A DNA stretch of 34,040 nucleotides from Promethearchaeota archaeon (GTDB taxonomy: Archaea > Asgardarchaeota > Lokiarchaeia > Sigyniarchaeales > SOKP01). The notes below the pieces were generated by a model. The model saw only the letters and a program-made list of their open reading frames with translations. It ran no database searches and was not told the origin of the DNA. The stretch lies in contig JBHLME010000042.1 in NCBI GenBank assembly GCA_048938445.1, positions 1-34,040 of the forward strand, given 5' to 3'. The position numbers and the translations under genes are program-made. The first letter of the stretch is position 1. Every line of letters starts with the position of its first letter. Below, one piece after another: positions 9,844-18,902 of this stretch.

Positions 9844-10596
9844 ATGATGTTTAACTCGGGGTTCAAGGTTTTTGAAAAAAATACACGCCTTCCACTTGTC
9901 TCAAGCGGAGATCCAACATTAGATGAACTTCTATCGGGAGGGTTCCACCGTGATCTAATCTATTTAATATACGGAGACAAAAAGAAAACAACAAATGTCT
10001 TATTGACCACCGCAGTGCTTTCTCAACGTTCTTTTAGTAATGGGGGACTAGGAGAGGGTATTCGAGCTTCCTTTATTGATGGAAATAATCGATTCAATCC
10101 CTATAATATAAGTAAATATGCCGTTTCACAGAACTTATCCCCTCTAAAAATCTTGGAAAACATAATTGTTGCTCGGGCATTCACGTGGGACCAAATGGTT
10201 GAGCTTTTAGAGAACAGGCTCTCTAAACTCACCGATGTCAAAGTAGTATTGATCTCGGGTATTACTAGTCTATTTGAAAGTCACGAGAAACAGATTTTTG
10301 AGGACTTATTACGTGCAATAGGGGGAATAAAGAAAATTCTTGAAAAAGTAAGGCCTTTAATAGTATTAACGGCTCCTTTAAACGAATATTCTTCATTCAG
10401 ACCGAAGGGGGGCAAAATTCTCTCTCATTTTGGAAGCGTGTTGGTAATGATAAACGAAGAAGAGCGTTATACAGAATATGTCCTCGTTCAGCACCCATAC
10501 TTGCCAGAAAATAGGCTTTTGAAGTGGAAGCCTCGGAAATCAAAAAGATCTTTGTCAAATACTACAAGCAACATGAAACTAGACTGCTGGTTTTAA
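9844..10596 (+). CDS. RadA/RecA-fold protein with degenerate Walker motifs (PolB2-associated type)
   Basis: SSGDPTLDELLSGGF, FIDGNNRFNPY and LENIIVARAFTWDQ are RadA/Rad51-like. Walker A reads YGDKKKTT and Walker B reads VVLISG (no Asp). Ends in a PIP-like NMKLDCWF. Confidence 0.85.
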   Translation: MMFNSGFKVFEKNTRLPLVSSGDPTLDELLSGGFHRDLIYLIYGDKKKTTNVLLTTAVLSQRSFSNGGLGEGIRASFIDGNNRFNPYNISKYAVSQNLSPLKILENIIVARAFTWDQMVELLENRLSKLTDVKVVLISGITSLFESHEKQIFEDLLRAIGGIKKILEKVRPLIVLTAPLNEYSSFRPKGGKILSHFGSVLVMINEEERYTEYVLVQHPYLPENRLLKWKPRKSKRSLSNTTSNMKLDCWF

Positions 10597-10607
10597 TGTG
10601 AAAATGC

Positions 10608-11777
10608 TCATTTATTAATATGGTTACTGATGAGGGTTTTGATTTCTTTATACTTTCCTAATGCTTTATTTATGTCATTATCGTCTAATGATTCTAATCC
10701 TTCCTCATTCAATTTCAAGATTTTTTCCTTGAGAATGTCGAATTTCTCTTTTTCTTCTCTTAGAACAATATCTACTCTCATTTCTTTGAGTAATTGTTCA
10801 TGATGTTCCTTAATATCGCTTAATCCATGTTCTTGGGAAATTTTAATTATCTCATTGCATTGTGCAACTGCTTCTTCCAATCTATTTTCTTTAAAACATT
10901 GTTTAAGTTGATTCTTTAAAGCCTCTATCTCATCATTTACGCCATCTACTAAGTGTCTTGAGGTTTGGATTTCATATAATCGATCTTCCAATTCCGACTT
11001 TAAATCTACCATATCATCTATTAAGTCAGAGTTGAGTTCTGCCTTTAGAATGTTAATTGCTTTATTAAATTGAGAGTTTTCTTCAAATTTCTTGCTGTCT
11101 TCAATAATTTTTCTTATTCTTTTTTTAAATTTTACAATTTTTTCATATTCTTCATATTTTAATCCTTGAATTAAATTATGTTCAAGTGTACCCCATTTAT
11201 TTTGATAAATTTCTTTCTGATCCCCTTCTAATTTATAAATATGATCCCAAGCTCTTTCAATTATTAGATCAGCATTATCTATGTCTTTATGTTTTAAGAA
11301 TTGATAAAATTTTTTTTCAAATTCATCTAATTTCTCTACTTTATTTTTTTGTTCAATTAAATATCCATTCCAAATTTTCTCATCTCTTTCAATACATTCC
11401 TTCACAGAAGAAATCTTTAGTAAGTTATAATGAGGTGCATATTTTTGCTTGAATTGTTCCATTAATTCATGAGCTTCAATTATTCTATCAATTTCTACTA
11501 ATTCATTATATTCCTTCCTTAATTCATTGCCAAGTAACGTAATATCTTGAGGTTTAGTTTTAATTTCTTTCTTTTCAGTTATATTATAAATATAATCCTT
11601 TTGTTCATCAATTATATATGGAGAATTAATTTTCTTAGCCAAAACAGATATTTCATTTGATATTTCTAATGCATGTTCAAGATCTCCTTTAGAAATATAA
11701 CTTGCTTGAATAACTTTTAAACGATCAATTTCTGCTATTATATTGATAATATCTTTGTCATCTACACCTTGAGGCAG
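10608..11777 (-). CDS. Helical-repeat protein, short paralogue of the upstream gelsolin-domain protein (probable CTG start)
   Basis: The frame stays open 45 codons upstream of the tracked TTG (11642) to a CTG at 11777, preceded by GAGGAG. The extension (ISKGDLEHALEISNEISVLAK) matches the repeat unit of the neighbouring gene. Confidence 0.75.
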   Translation of the reverse strand: MPQGVDDKDIINIIAEIDRLKVIQASYISKGDLEHALEISNEISVLAKKINSPYIIDEQKDYIYNITEKKEIKTKPQDITLLGNELRKEYNELVEIDRIIEAHELMEQFKQKYAPHYNLLKISSVKECIERDEKIWNGYLIEQKNKVEKLDEFEKKFYQFLKHKDIDNADLIIERAWDHIYKLEGDQKEIYQNKWGTLEHNLIQGLKYEEYEKIVKFKKRIRKIIEDSKKFEENSQFNKAINILKAELNSDLIDDMVDLKSELEDRLYEIQTSRHLVDGVNDEIEALKNQLKQCFKENRLEEAVAQCNEIIKISQEHGLSDIKEHHEQLLKEMRVDIVLREEKEKFDILKEKILKLNEEGLESLDDNDINKALGKYKEIKTLISNHINK

Positions 11778-11795
11778 TCTTTACATCTCCTCTGT

Positions 11796-14540
11796 TCATT
11801 TACTATATTTCTCTAAAAGGTTTATTATTCTTTCAAAATGTATTAAAGACTCTTGAAACATGCTATTATTTATGGTTTCAATTCCTTTTTTGCTTAAATC
11901 CATGATCTGATCTTTTAATTCACGGATTTTTTTTATTTCAATTTTATCATTAATTTCTTTTAAGAATTTTGTATAATTTGTAGCTAATCCTATTTTATTA
12001 TTATCAATTGAATATTTAATTAGCTCATCACATACTTTTTTTGCTATATCAAAATTCTCACTGTTCATTTCCTCTTGTAATTTATCTTCTAACTCTTTTA
12101 TTTTATCATCGATTCTTCTTGCATTAGCAAGCTCATCAACAATTTCCTCCTTAATTTTGAAAAATTCCTGTTTTTCTTTAGAGAAAATTATTTCTGGGAT
12201 TTCGATTACAATTGAATCTATTTTAGTGATAATTTCTTCCAACTCTTCTTTTTTTCTCAACCTTGGAATTTCATCAAATAATTTGTTAACCTTTTCTCGT
12301 TTTATTTCAATTTGTTTTTCGATATCTTGATTTATCTTGTTATAATTTTTAATTTTATCATCTTTACCAATATCTTGGGATATTTGAATGATTTTTTTAC
12401 TAATAGTTAAAGCATCATGCAAGTTGTTTTCATTTTTACTATTTGAAAATTCCTCCTCTAACACTTTCAACTGTTCATTGAATTTTAATATTGCTCCATA
12501 TTGAGCAATCAATTCCTCTTTTATGCTGTTTAAATTGGAATATTCTTCGGGAAAGTCTTCTTCATATATGTCTTCAATTATAGAATCTATTTTTGCTATA
12601 CCTTCTTTAAATTTACCCTCTTTTTTTAATTTATTTATGTCTTTTATTAGAGAATCTACAATTTCACTTGTTTCTTCGCGTTCTTTCTTTATTTCTTTGA
12701 TAATTTCAGAATAATTCTTTACTAACTCACCATTCCCAATTTCTTCTTGGATTTTAATAATTTGTTCACAAAGATTAATTGCTTCTTGAAATTTATGATT
12801 TTCTTGGCTTGTTGATAATTTTTCTTCTAAAATCTTTAGTGTTGCGTTAATTTTTATCCGTTTCTCATATTCAATTAATAAATCCACTTTATTCTTGTTT
12901 AATTTTGAATACTCTTCAGGAAAGTCTTCTTCATGTATGTCTTCAATAATAGATTCTATTTTTGCAATTCCTTCTTTTAATTTACCCTCATTTTTTAATT
13001 TGGTTATTTGTTTAATTAAAGAATCAATATTTTTACGTTCTTCCTCACGTTTTTTCTCAATTTCTTTAATAAGTTCAGAATAGCTCTTTATCGACTCATT
13101 TTTCCCCAATTCCTCGTAAATTTTAATTAATTTCTCACACGTATTTATTGCTTCTTGAAATCTATGAATTTCTTGACTTGCGGATATTTTTTCTTCCAAA
13201 ACTTTTAATTCCGCGTTAATTTTTATTCGTTTCTCTTTTTCATTGAATAATTCTTCTTTTAGGTTATCTAAGATTTTTCTTTGCTCGATAAAATCTGGTC
13301 CTTCGATTTCTTCTAACATTGAATTAATTTTTTTAATTCCTTTATCAAAATCTCCTTTTTCTTTAAGAACTAGGATTTCTTTATGTAAGGTTTCAACAAT
13401 CTCTCGTGTTTCCTCGAGTTCTCTTTCACTATCTTCCAGGATTATAGAATATTTTTCAATTATGTTTAAAATTTTATTTTCTTTTGCAAATTCTAATAAT
13501 GCCTTACAATTACGAATAGTTTCAGTTAAAAAATTCTTATTTAGAGTATCCTCAATATTTTCTTGGAAAGTAAGAATTTGTTGATTTATTTGTTCTTGCT
13601 TTTTATCATGTTCAATTTTTTGTTTTATAAAATCCTGTTTGATTTTATTCCATTTTTGTATTAGATCGTTATCTGATATGGAATCAATTATTTCAATGGC
13701 ATTCTGTACTATTTCTTCAGATTTAACATAATTTTCTTCTTTAAGAAGAGTTTTGAAATCTTTTTCAAGCATTGAAAGTTTTGTTATTAAGCTTTTCTCT
13801 TCTAATTTTGTAGAATGCCAAATATTTTCCTCTTTTAAAAATAATTCTTCAATTATAGGTATAGAGGTTAAATTAACTTCATATTTCTCAATTTCTTTTT
13901 TAAAATTATTTACTAATTCATGAGCTTCATTAATTTTATTTTGATTAATGAGGTTTTCAAATTCTTTTTTAATATCGCTTCCCTTTTTTTCAATATCAAT
14001 GTATATCTTTTTTAATTTCTGTCTTTCTTTTAAATTACTCAATAATTCCTCTTGATCTCCTTGAAGAGATTTATCTTTTATTTCTTTTGATAAATTAATT
14101 AGTTGTTCTGAAATTTCTATTGCTTCTTGATACTGTCCTTCTTTGATAAATGCATCCAATTTATCTTTTAATTCACTAATTTCATTAAAGATTGGTTCAA
14201 TTAATTTTTTTTGAGTTAAGATATGGTCCTCAAATATCTCCTTCTCAAAATCAAAGAGTTCAAAAAATTCAAGAGGTTCTTCACCTGATTCAACGGTGAT
14301 ATTTCTTAATATCCTTAGTTTGGGATATTTTTTTGAGAAAAGTTCTCGAATTTGAGGTATGAAAATTTTTAATGAATTCGTGGCATTTTTACTAACCCAT
14401 ATATACATTCTTTTCGATTTTTTTGAATAGATAGCTAAAATCGTGTATAATGTGAAAAGATCAATGGGATTATCACTTGGTTGCTCTTCAAATGTCCCAG
14501 AATAGTTAAGTTTATAGATTTTTATATCGCTTTCAACCAT
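11796..14540 (-). CDS. Gelsolin-like domain fused to a long alpha-helical repeat rod
   Basis: N-terminal ~100 aa carry gelsolin-type motifs RMYIWVSKNA and ITVESGEEPLEFFELF. The remainder is Glu/Lys/Ile-rich helical repeats. Confidence 0.8.
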   Translation of the reverse strand: MVESDIKIYKLNYSGTFEEQPSDNPIDLFTLYTILAIYSKKSKRMYIWVSKNATNSLKIFIPQIRELFSKKYPKLRILRNITVESGEEPLEFFELFDFEKEIFEDHILTQKKLIEPIFNEISELKDKLDAFIKEGQYQEAIEISEQLINLSKEIKDKSLQGDQEELLSNLKERQKLKKIYIDIEKKGSDIKKEFENLINQNKINEAHELVNNFKKEIEKYEVNLTSIPIIEELFLKEENIWHSTKLEEKSLITKLSMLEKDFKTLLKEENYVKSEEIVQNAIEIIDSISDNDLIQKWNKIKQDFIKQKIEHDKKQEQINQQILTFQENIEDTLNKNFLTETIRNCKALLEFAKENKILNIIEKYSIILEDSERELEETREIVETLHKEILVLKEKGDFDKGIKKINSMLEEIEGPDFIEQRKILDNLKEELFNEKEKRIKINAELKVLEEKISASQEIHRFQEAINTCEKLIKIYEELGKNESIKSYSELIKEIEKKREEERKNIDSLIKQITKLKNEGKLKEGIAKIESIIEDIHEEDFPEEYSKLNKNKVDLLIEYEKRIKINATLKILEEKLSTSQENHKFQEAINLCEQIIKIQEEIGNGELVKNYSEIIKEIKKEREETSEIVDSLIKDINKLKKEGKFKEGIAKIDSIIEDIYEEDFPEEYSNLNSIKEELIAQYGAILKFNEQLKVLEEEFSNSKNENNLHDALTISKKIIQISQDIGKDDKIKNYNKINQDIEKQIEIKREKVNKLFDEIPRLRKKEELEEIITKIDSIVIEIPEIIFSKEKQEFFKIKEEIVDELANARRIDDKIKELEDKLQEEMNSENFDIAKKVCDELIKYSIDNNKIGLATNYTKFLKEINDKIEIKKIRELKDQIMDLSKKGIETINNSMFQESLIHFERIINLLEKYSK
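11934..13409 (-). repeat. Four intragenic tandem repeats of 369 bp (123 aa)
   Basis: EDFPEEYSKL and EDFPEEYSNL lie at 12900 and 12531 (offset 369). Units start TREIV, ERKNI, TSEIV and KREKV. Confidence 0.85.
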
Positions 14541-14676
14541 GTGTTTTTTCCTTCCGGGATACTAATTGTTATACATCAAATTTTCAATTTTAATAAATCA
14601 CTTGCCAAACTTCCTAATTAACAGCCCATCACTAATTTAATAATTAATATTTTAAAAAAAGTTTATTGAATTATAT

Positions 14677-15105
14677 TTATTTTTCCTTTTTCTTATACAT
14701 GCTCGCATCTTTTTTTTCTAGAGTCAGATCATCCCCACCATACCTAATTTTTCGTGCGTTATAATAAAGATTAGTTTTCTCTTCGCAAATTTTATTCCAT
14801 TCTACTATTCCATGCTTCTTTATCATCAATAGATTATATACTTTTGAATTATGTGGCAAGAAAATCTCGAAATTGACAATTGGTTGTAGCTTTTTACAAG
14901 GAAATTCAACACATTCATAACAAAAATTATATCCCTTACTTGTCACGCACTCATAAGTCTTACATGTGGGAAAATTCTTGACTTGTCCTTTTTGTTCCCG
15001 ACACCCCTTACAATTATAGGCTTTTACTCCAGGACATTCCTTACAATAAATGCCGCATGACGCGTGGTTCTTGAAATAAAGGTCGAAAGAACAAAAATTT
15101 GACAT
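14677..15105 (-). CDS. DUF3795-like Cys-rich metal-binding protein
   Basis: CGIYCKEC, CKGCR, CKTYEC and CYECVEFPC pattern. Confidence 0.75.
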   Translation of the reverse strand: MSNFCSFDLYFKNHASCGIYCKECPGVKAYNCKGCREQKGQVKNFPTCKTYECVTSKGYNFCYECVEFPCKKLQPIVNFEIFLPHNSKVYNLLMIKKHGIVEWNKICEEKTNLYYNARKIRYGGDDLTLEKKDASMYKKKEK

Positions 15106-15160
15106 ATATTAATATTTAATTAAAGAAATTTAAAATTAATTAAATGTAGAATAATCTGTC

Positions 15161-15232
15161 ATTTGGGGTGAAAATCAGTAAATTCATGTTGAGTCTTCTT
15201 TTTAATTGTATCTTGTACTATTCCCCTCAAAT
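15161..15232. promoter_or_regulatory. Imperfect inverted repeat upstream of the PolB2 operon
   Basis: ATTTGGGGTGAA (15161-15172) and TTCCCCTCAAAT (15221-15232). Confidence 0.3.
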
Positions 15233-15250
15233 CAAATAAAGGTGATATAT

Positions 15251-15505
15251 ATCGGTCGAACCGTACCATCATTTCGTCCTGCACTTGAACATGAAATAGA
15301 AAGTTGGAAAGATTTTAAAAGAGCACTTAGACCTGAAGATCAAAAAATATTTGATAAATTGATGAATTTTGCGCGAATTCACGCAGATGCCGGGAGCATG
15401 AGTGCTCGACCAATGCTTTCTGAAATACTTTTCATCTCATTTGCGATTGAACAAGAAAAAAGAATCAGGAAGCTTGAACAAGAATTATCAGATCTAAAGA
15501 AATGA
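15251..15505 (+). CDS. Small helical PolB2-associated protein (arCOG07300-like); start codon uncertain
   Basis: GRTVPSFR...WKDFKRALRPEDQKIFDKLM...HADA resembles the small protein encoded next to archaeal polB2. Its stop overlaps the polB2 start (ATGA). GGTGA RBS at 15241 points to ATC at 15251; GTG 15242 and TTG 15206 are alternatives. Confidence 0.8.
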   Translation: MGRTVPSFRPALEHEIESWKDFKRALRPEDQKIFDKLMNFARIHADAGSMSARPMLSEILFISFAIEQEKRIRKLEQELSDLKK

Positions 15506-17922
15506 AGAAAGGGATCAATAGAGTGCATCGTCAAGAATTTTTTAATGGCTGGTTGCTAGATGTCTCAACAAGTAGTGAAGGAATGGTTCTTTGGGTAAAG
15601 ACAGCAAACGAGCAAGAGATCGTGAGAATTATCCAAGATTACGCTCCTGAATTCTTTGCCGTACCTAAAAAAGGAATTGGTAAGGACCTAAAGACATTGA
15701 AGCAGATACTTCAATCTCATCAAAATGTAAAAGGAGTTCGAACATGTGAAAAATATATCACTTTAGAAGATCACGAAAAAACCACGATATTTGCTGTTTC
15801 AATTATAAAACCATCATTATTCAAGCCGACAATCGAAGAGATCAGTAGGATTGATCTTTTTACGCTCTATAACATCGATCTTCCAATTTCCCAAATGTAT
15901 TTTTATGAGAATGATCTATTCCCTATGGCTTTTTGTAGGTTTAAGATTATAAATGAAAACAACGAAAAATTGCGACTGGTGTCTCTTGAGTTACACGATG
16001 ATAATGAAGCATTATTCTATGATTTACCGCCACTTAAGGCAGTATGGTTAGACATTAAAATCCAAATGAAAGGGATTAGAGCCTATTACAATGATCCTCT
16101 TTCCCATGTTGAAATTAGCATCGTTGAAAGAGACAAAATTAATAACATCCCAAGAGCAGACGGTCAAAAAACAAGAACGATAGTAATTGATAAAGCTGAT
16201 GAAGCTGAAAACTTGAGGGAGATCACGAAAATTATTGAAAAACTGGACCCTGACATCATTCTCACTCAAGGGGGGGATGAATTCGTCTTTCCATATTTGG
16301 CAGCACGGGCATCTGTAAATGGTGTATCAAATGAACTTTATTTTTCTCGCACGAAAACGCCCTTGAAAAATTGCATCTTTGATCTCTCAGGGGGTTCAGA
16401 TCATTATATGTCCTATGGAATAATTATGCGTCGTTCAAAAACGCAAGTATATTTTACTGGAAGATTCCATCTTGACACGACAACCTATGGGAGCCTACAT
16501 TTTAGTGAAGGAAACATACCCGGCGTGATCGAAGTTGCACGAATTTCGCGAGTGCCAATGCAAAGATTATGTCGAGTAACGATAGGGGGGGCCCTCCAAT
16601 CCATCCAGTTCTATAATTCTTACAAGTTAGATCATTTAGTTCCACCCTTTAAAAAAAGTCCTGAGGGGTTTAGATCGGGAATGGCATTGATTAGAAGCGA
16701 TCGTGGAGGTCACATTTTTGAACCATTAATGGGCGTGTTTGACCAAGTCGCGGAATTGGACTTCTCTTCGATGTATCCCTCTTTGATGGCTAACTTCAAT
16801 ATTTCCTCTGAGACTATAAATTGCAAGTGCTGTAAGGATGATAATACGGGTATAAAGGTTCCAGGATTAGATTTTCATATCTGCACGAAAAGAGAAGGTA
16901 TCATTTCAAAATCAATTAAACTCCCTCTGGAAAAGCGACTTAAATACAAGGAGATTGTTCGTAAAACAGGAGATCTTCGATATAAATTCACGGATATTGC
17001 CCTTAAGTGGGTTCTAGTGGTCTCTTTTGGATATTTAGGCTTTAGAAACGCACGCTTTGGAAAAATTGAAGCGCACCAAACGGTTTGTGCGTTTGCTCGT
17101 GAGTTTCTCATGCGGTCTGCGGAAATTGCTCAAGCCCACGGTTGTAAGATAATTCACGGAATTGTTGATTCGATATGGCTTCAGGACACGAAAGACAGGA
17201 CTCCTGAAGAATTTGAAAGGGTTACACGACAAATTGCGCATGAAATTACAGAAAAAACAAACATTAACATGAGTTGGGATGGTATGTTTGATTTTATCGT
17301 TTTTCTTCCCTCTCAAGCAGAACCAGATGTCCCTACTCTTAATCATTATTGGGGTATTAAAAACGATGGAGGAGTGAAAGTAAGAGGTATCGAAGTGAGA
17401 CGTAGAGACATACCGCAAATAATTAAACAGGCCCAATATGCGTTTATCAACGTGTTTAAAGGATCAAAAACTGTCGAGGAATTTGTTGAAAAGATACCGG
17501 AGGCAAAAAAAGTACTCCAAGACTATGTTGATAAGATAGAAACAGGGGACGTATCAAAAGAAGAACTCTCAATCAAGCAGAAAATTTCCCGAAAACCATC
17601 ACAATACAAGGTAAATTCATATCAAGCGGTTGCCGCGAGGCAATTAGAACGTTCAGGGGTTGTTGCATCTGCAGGAAAGAATGTTCGCTATATCATCCTT
17701 AACGCAGAAGCCGATCCCGATTTTCCAGAAAAAAAAGTAGTCCTTTCAGATCTCTACGATGAAAAAAAGCATCAATATGACAAAAAAAAATACCTTGAGT
17801 TGTTAAAAAGAGCATTTGAGAACATTTTTCCCTTTGAGTTTCCTGATCTTGAAGGGTTGCTAAAATCTAACCTTAATCGAAGGTCAACTCAAAAAGATCT
17901 TATAAGTTTTTTACCTGAATAA
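15502..17922 (+). CDS. polB2: Family B DNA polymerase, PolB2 (Dpo2-like) clade
   Basis: Motif A LDFSSMYPS, motif B KWVLVVSFGYLG, motif C HGIVDS (instead of YGDTDS), KVRGIEVRRRD. Exonuclease motifs degenerate. C-terminal PIP-like QKDLISFL. Confidence 0.92.
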   Translation: MKKGINRVHRQEFFNGWLLDVSTSSEGMVLWVKTANEQEIVRIIQDYAPEFFAVPKKGIGKDLKTLKQILQSHQNVKGVRTCEKYITLEDHEKTTIFAVSIIKPSLFKPTIEEISRIDLFTLYNIDLPISQMYFYENDLFPMAFCRFKIINENNEKLRLVSLELHDDNEALFYDLPPLKAVWLDIKIQMKGIRAYYNDPLSHVEISIVERDKINNIPRADGQKTRTIVIDKADEAENLREITKIIEKLDPDIILTQGGDEFVFPYLAARASVNGVSNELYFSRTKTPLKNCIFDLSGGSDHYMSYGIIMRRSKTQVYFTGRFHLDTTTYGSLHFSEGNIPGVIEVARISRVPMQRLCRVTIGGALQSIQFYNSYKLDHLVPPFKKSPEGFRSGMALIRSDRGGHIFEPLMGVFDQVAELDFSSMYPSLMANFNISSETINCKCCKDDNTGIKVPGLDFHICTKREGIISKSIKLPLEKRLKYKEIVRKTGDLRYKFTDIALKWVLVVSFGYLGFRNARFGKIEAHQTVCAFAREFLMRSAEIAQAHGCKIIHGIVDSIWLQDTKDRTPEEFERVTRQIAHEITEKTNINMSWDGMFDFIVFLPSQAEPDVPTLNHYWGIKNDGGVKVRGIEVRRRDIPQIIKQAQYAFINVFKGSKTVEEFVEKIPEAKKVLQDYVDKIETGDVSKEELSIKQKISRKPSQYKVNSYQAVAARQLERSGVVASAGKNVRYIILNAEADPDFPEKKVVLSDLYDEKKHQYDKKKYLELLKRAFENIFPFEFPDLEGLLKSNLNRRSTQKDLISFLPE

Positions 17923-18155
17923 TGAAATAAATTAAGTATAAAGCAATTTAATCAATATAATATTTGTTACATGGATTAGATTGTTCAAATTCTTTGAGTG
18001 AGGTGAATACCATTTGTCTATATTTATATTTCATAGGATAATTAGCATTTAATTCTAATGATTAATTAAACATTTAACAGCTTCCTCATATAATCCTGTA
18101 TTAAATTTTTTGATACCAAAAAATTTTTTAAATAATAAAATAAAGAATTTTAATT

Positions 18156-18815
18156 ATGAAGAATCAAGAATCTCCAACTAAATCAAATAATGGGAAGATT
18201 ACAGCTTCTAGGATAGAAGTCTCTATATTAGGTATGCTCGGAGGATTTATTAGTATAGAACATGGTATCTTTGAGGTGCTACAAGGAAATATTCCCACAA
18301 ATGGAATACTAATAAATGCTATTGCTCCAGGACATTGGTATTGGAAAGAAGGAGGTGAGCTTGCTATGACATTTATTCCTAACTTTTTAATAACTGGCAT
18401 AGTTGCTATAATCATTGGAATTTTTACTATAATTTGGTCGATTGGATTTGTTCATAGAAAATTTGGTGCTTTGGGATTGTTTACCCTAACTATATTAACA
18501 TTATTATTTGGTGGAGGAATTGCTTTTTTTATATTAGGAATTTTAATCTCAATCATCGCAACAAGAATAAATTCATCTCTAATGTGGTGGGAAAATCATT
18601 TACCTTCTAAAATAAAGAAATTTTTATCGAAATTATGGTTTCCAATATTTACTGTTTCAGTTATAATATTCATATTTTTAGTTTTAGGAGGGATATTCGG
18701 AGTCTGGTTCTTAGATCCAAATAACGCTACAACCTTATTAAGTTATATTGGTTTAATATCAATTGGATTAATTATATTTGCTTTTCTATGTGGCTTTGCA
18801 TATGATATCAATTAA
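18156..18815 (+). CDS. Hypothetical multi-pass membrane protein
   Basis: About six hydrophobic Gly-rich segments; conserved-looking IEHGIFEVLQGN and AMTFIPNFLITG. Confidence 0.8.
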   Translation: MKNQESPTKSNNGKITASRIEVSILGMLGGFISIEHGIFEVLQGNIPTNGILINAIAPGHWYWKEGGELAMTFIPNFLITGIVAIIIGIFTIIWSIGFVHRKFGALGLFTLTILTLLFGGGIAFFILGILISIIATRINSSLMWWENHLPSKIKKFLSKLWFPIFTVSVIIFIFLVLGGIFGVWFLDPNNATTLLSYIGLISIGLIIFAFLCGFAYDIN

Positions 18816-18863
18816 TCCAATAAACAATTCTAAATTCTAATAGGAAAAAAATTAGATTTTAAT

Positions 18864-18886
18864 TTTCCCTTTTTCTCTAAGGGAAA
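18864..18886. terminator. Hairpin between convergent genes
   Basis: TTTCCCTT-N7-AAGGGAAA perfect 8-bp stem between the stops at 18815 and 18903. Confidence 0.4.
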
Positions 18887-18902
18887 TATAAATAAAAATA
18901 TA

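Noticed and set aside
11934-13409. CRISPR array or DGR template/variable repeat
   Set aside because: The repeats are in-frame, diverged 369-bp coding units; no spacers, cas genes or reverse transcriptase are present.
10597-15200. Mobile element splitting the PolB2 cassette
   Set aside because: No transposase or integrase gene, terminal repeats or target-site duplication seen.
17999-18055. GAGGTGA followed by a short TTG-initiated frame
   Set aside because: Only about 12 codons with no supporting features.
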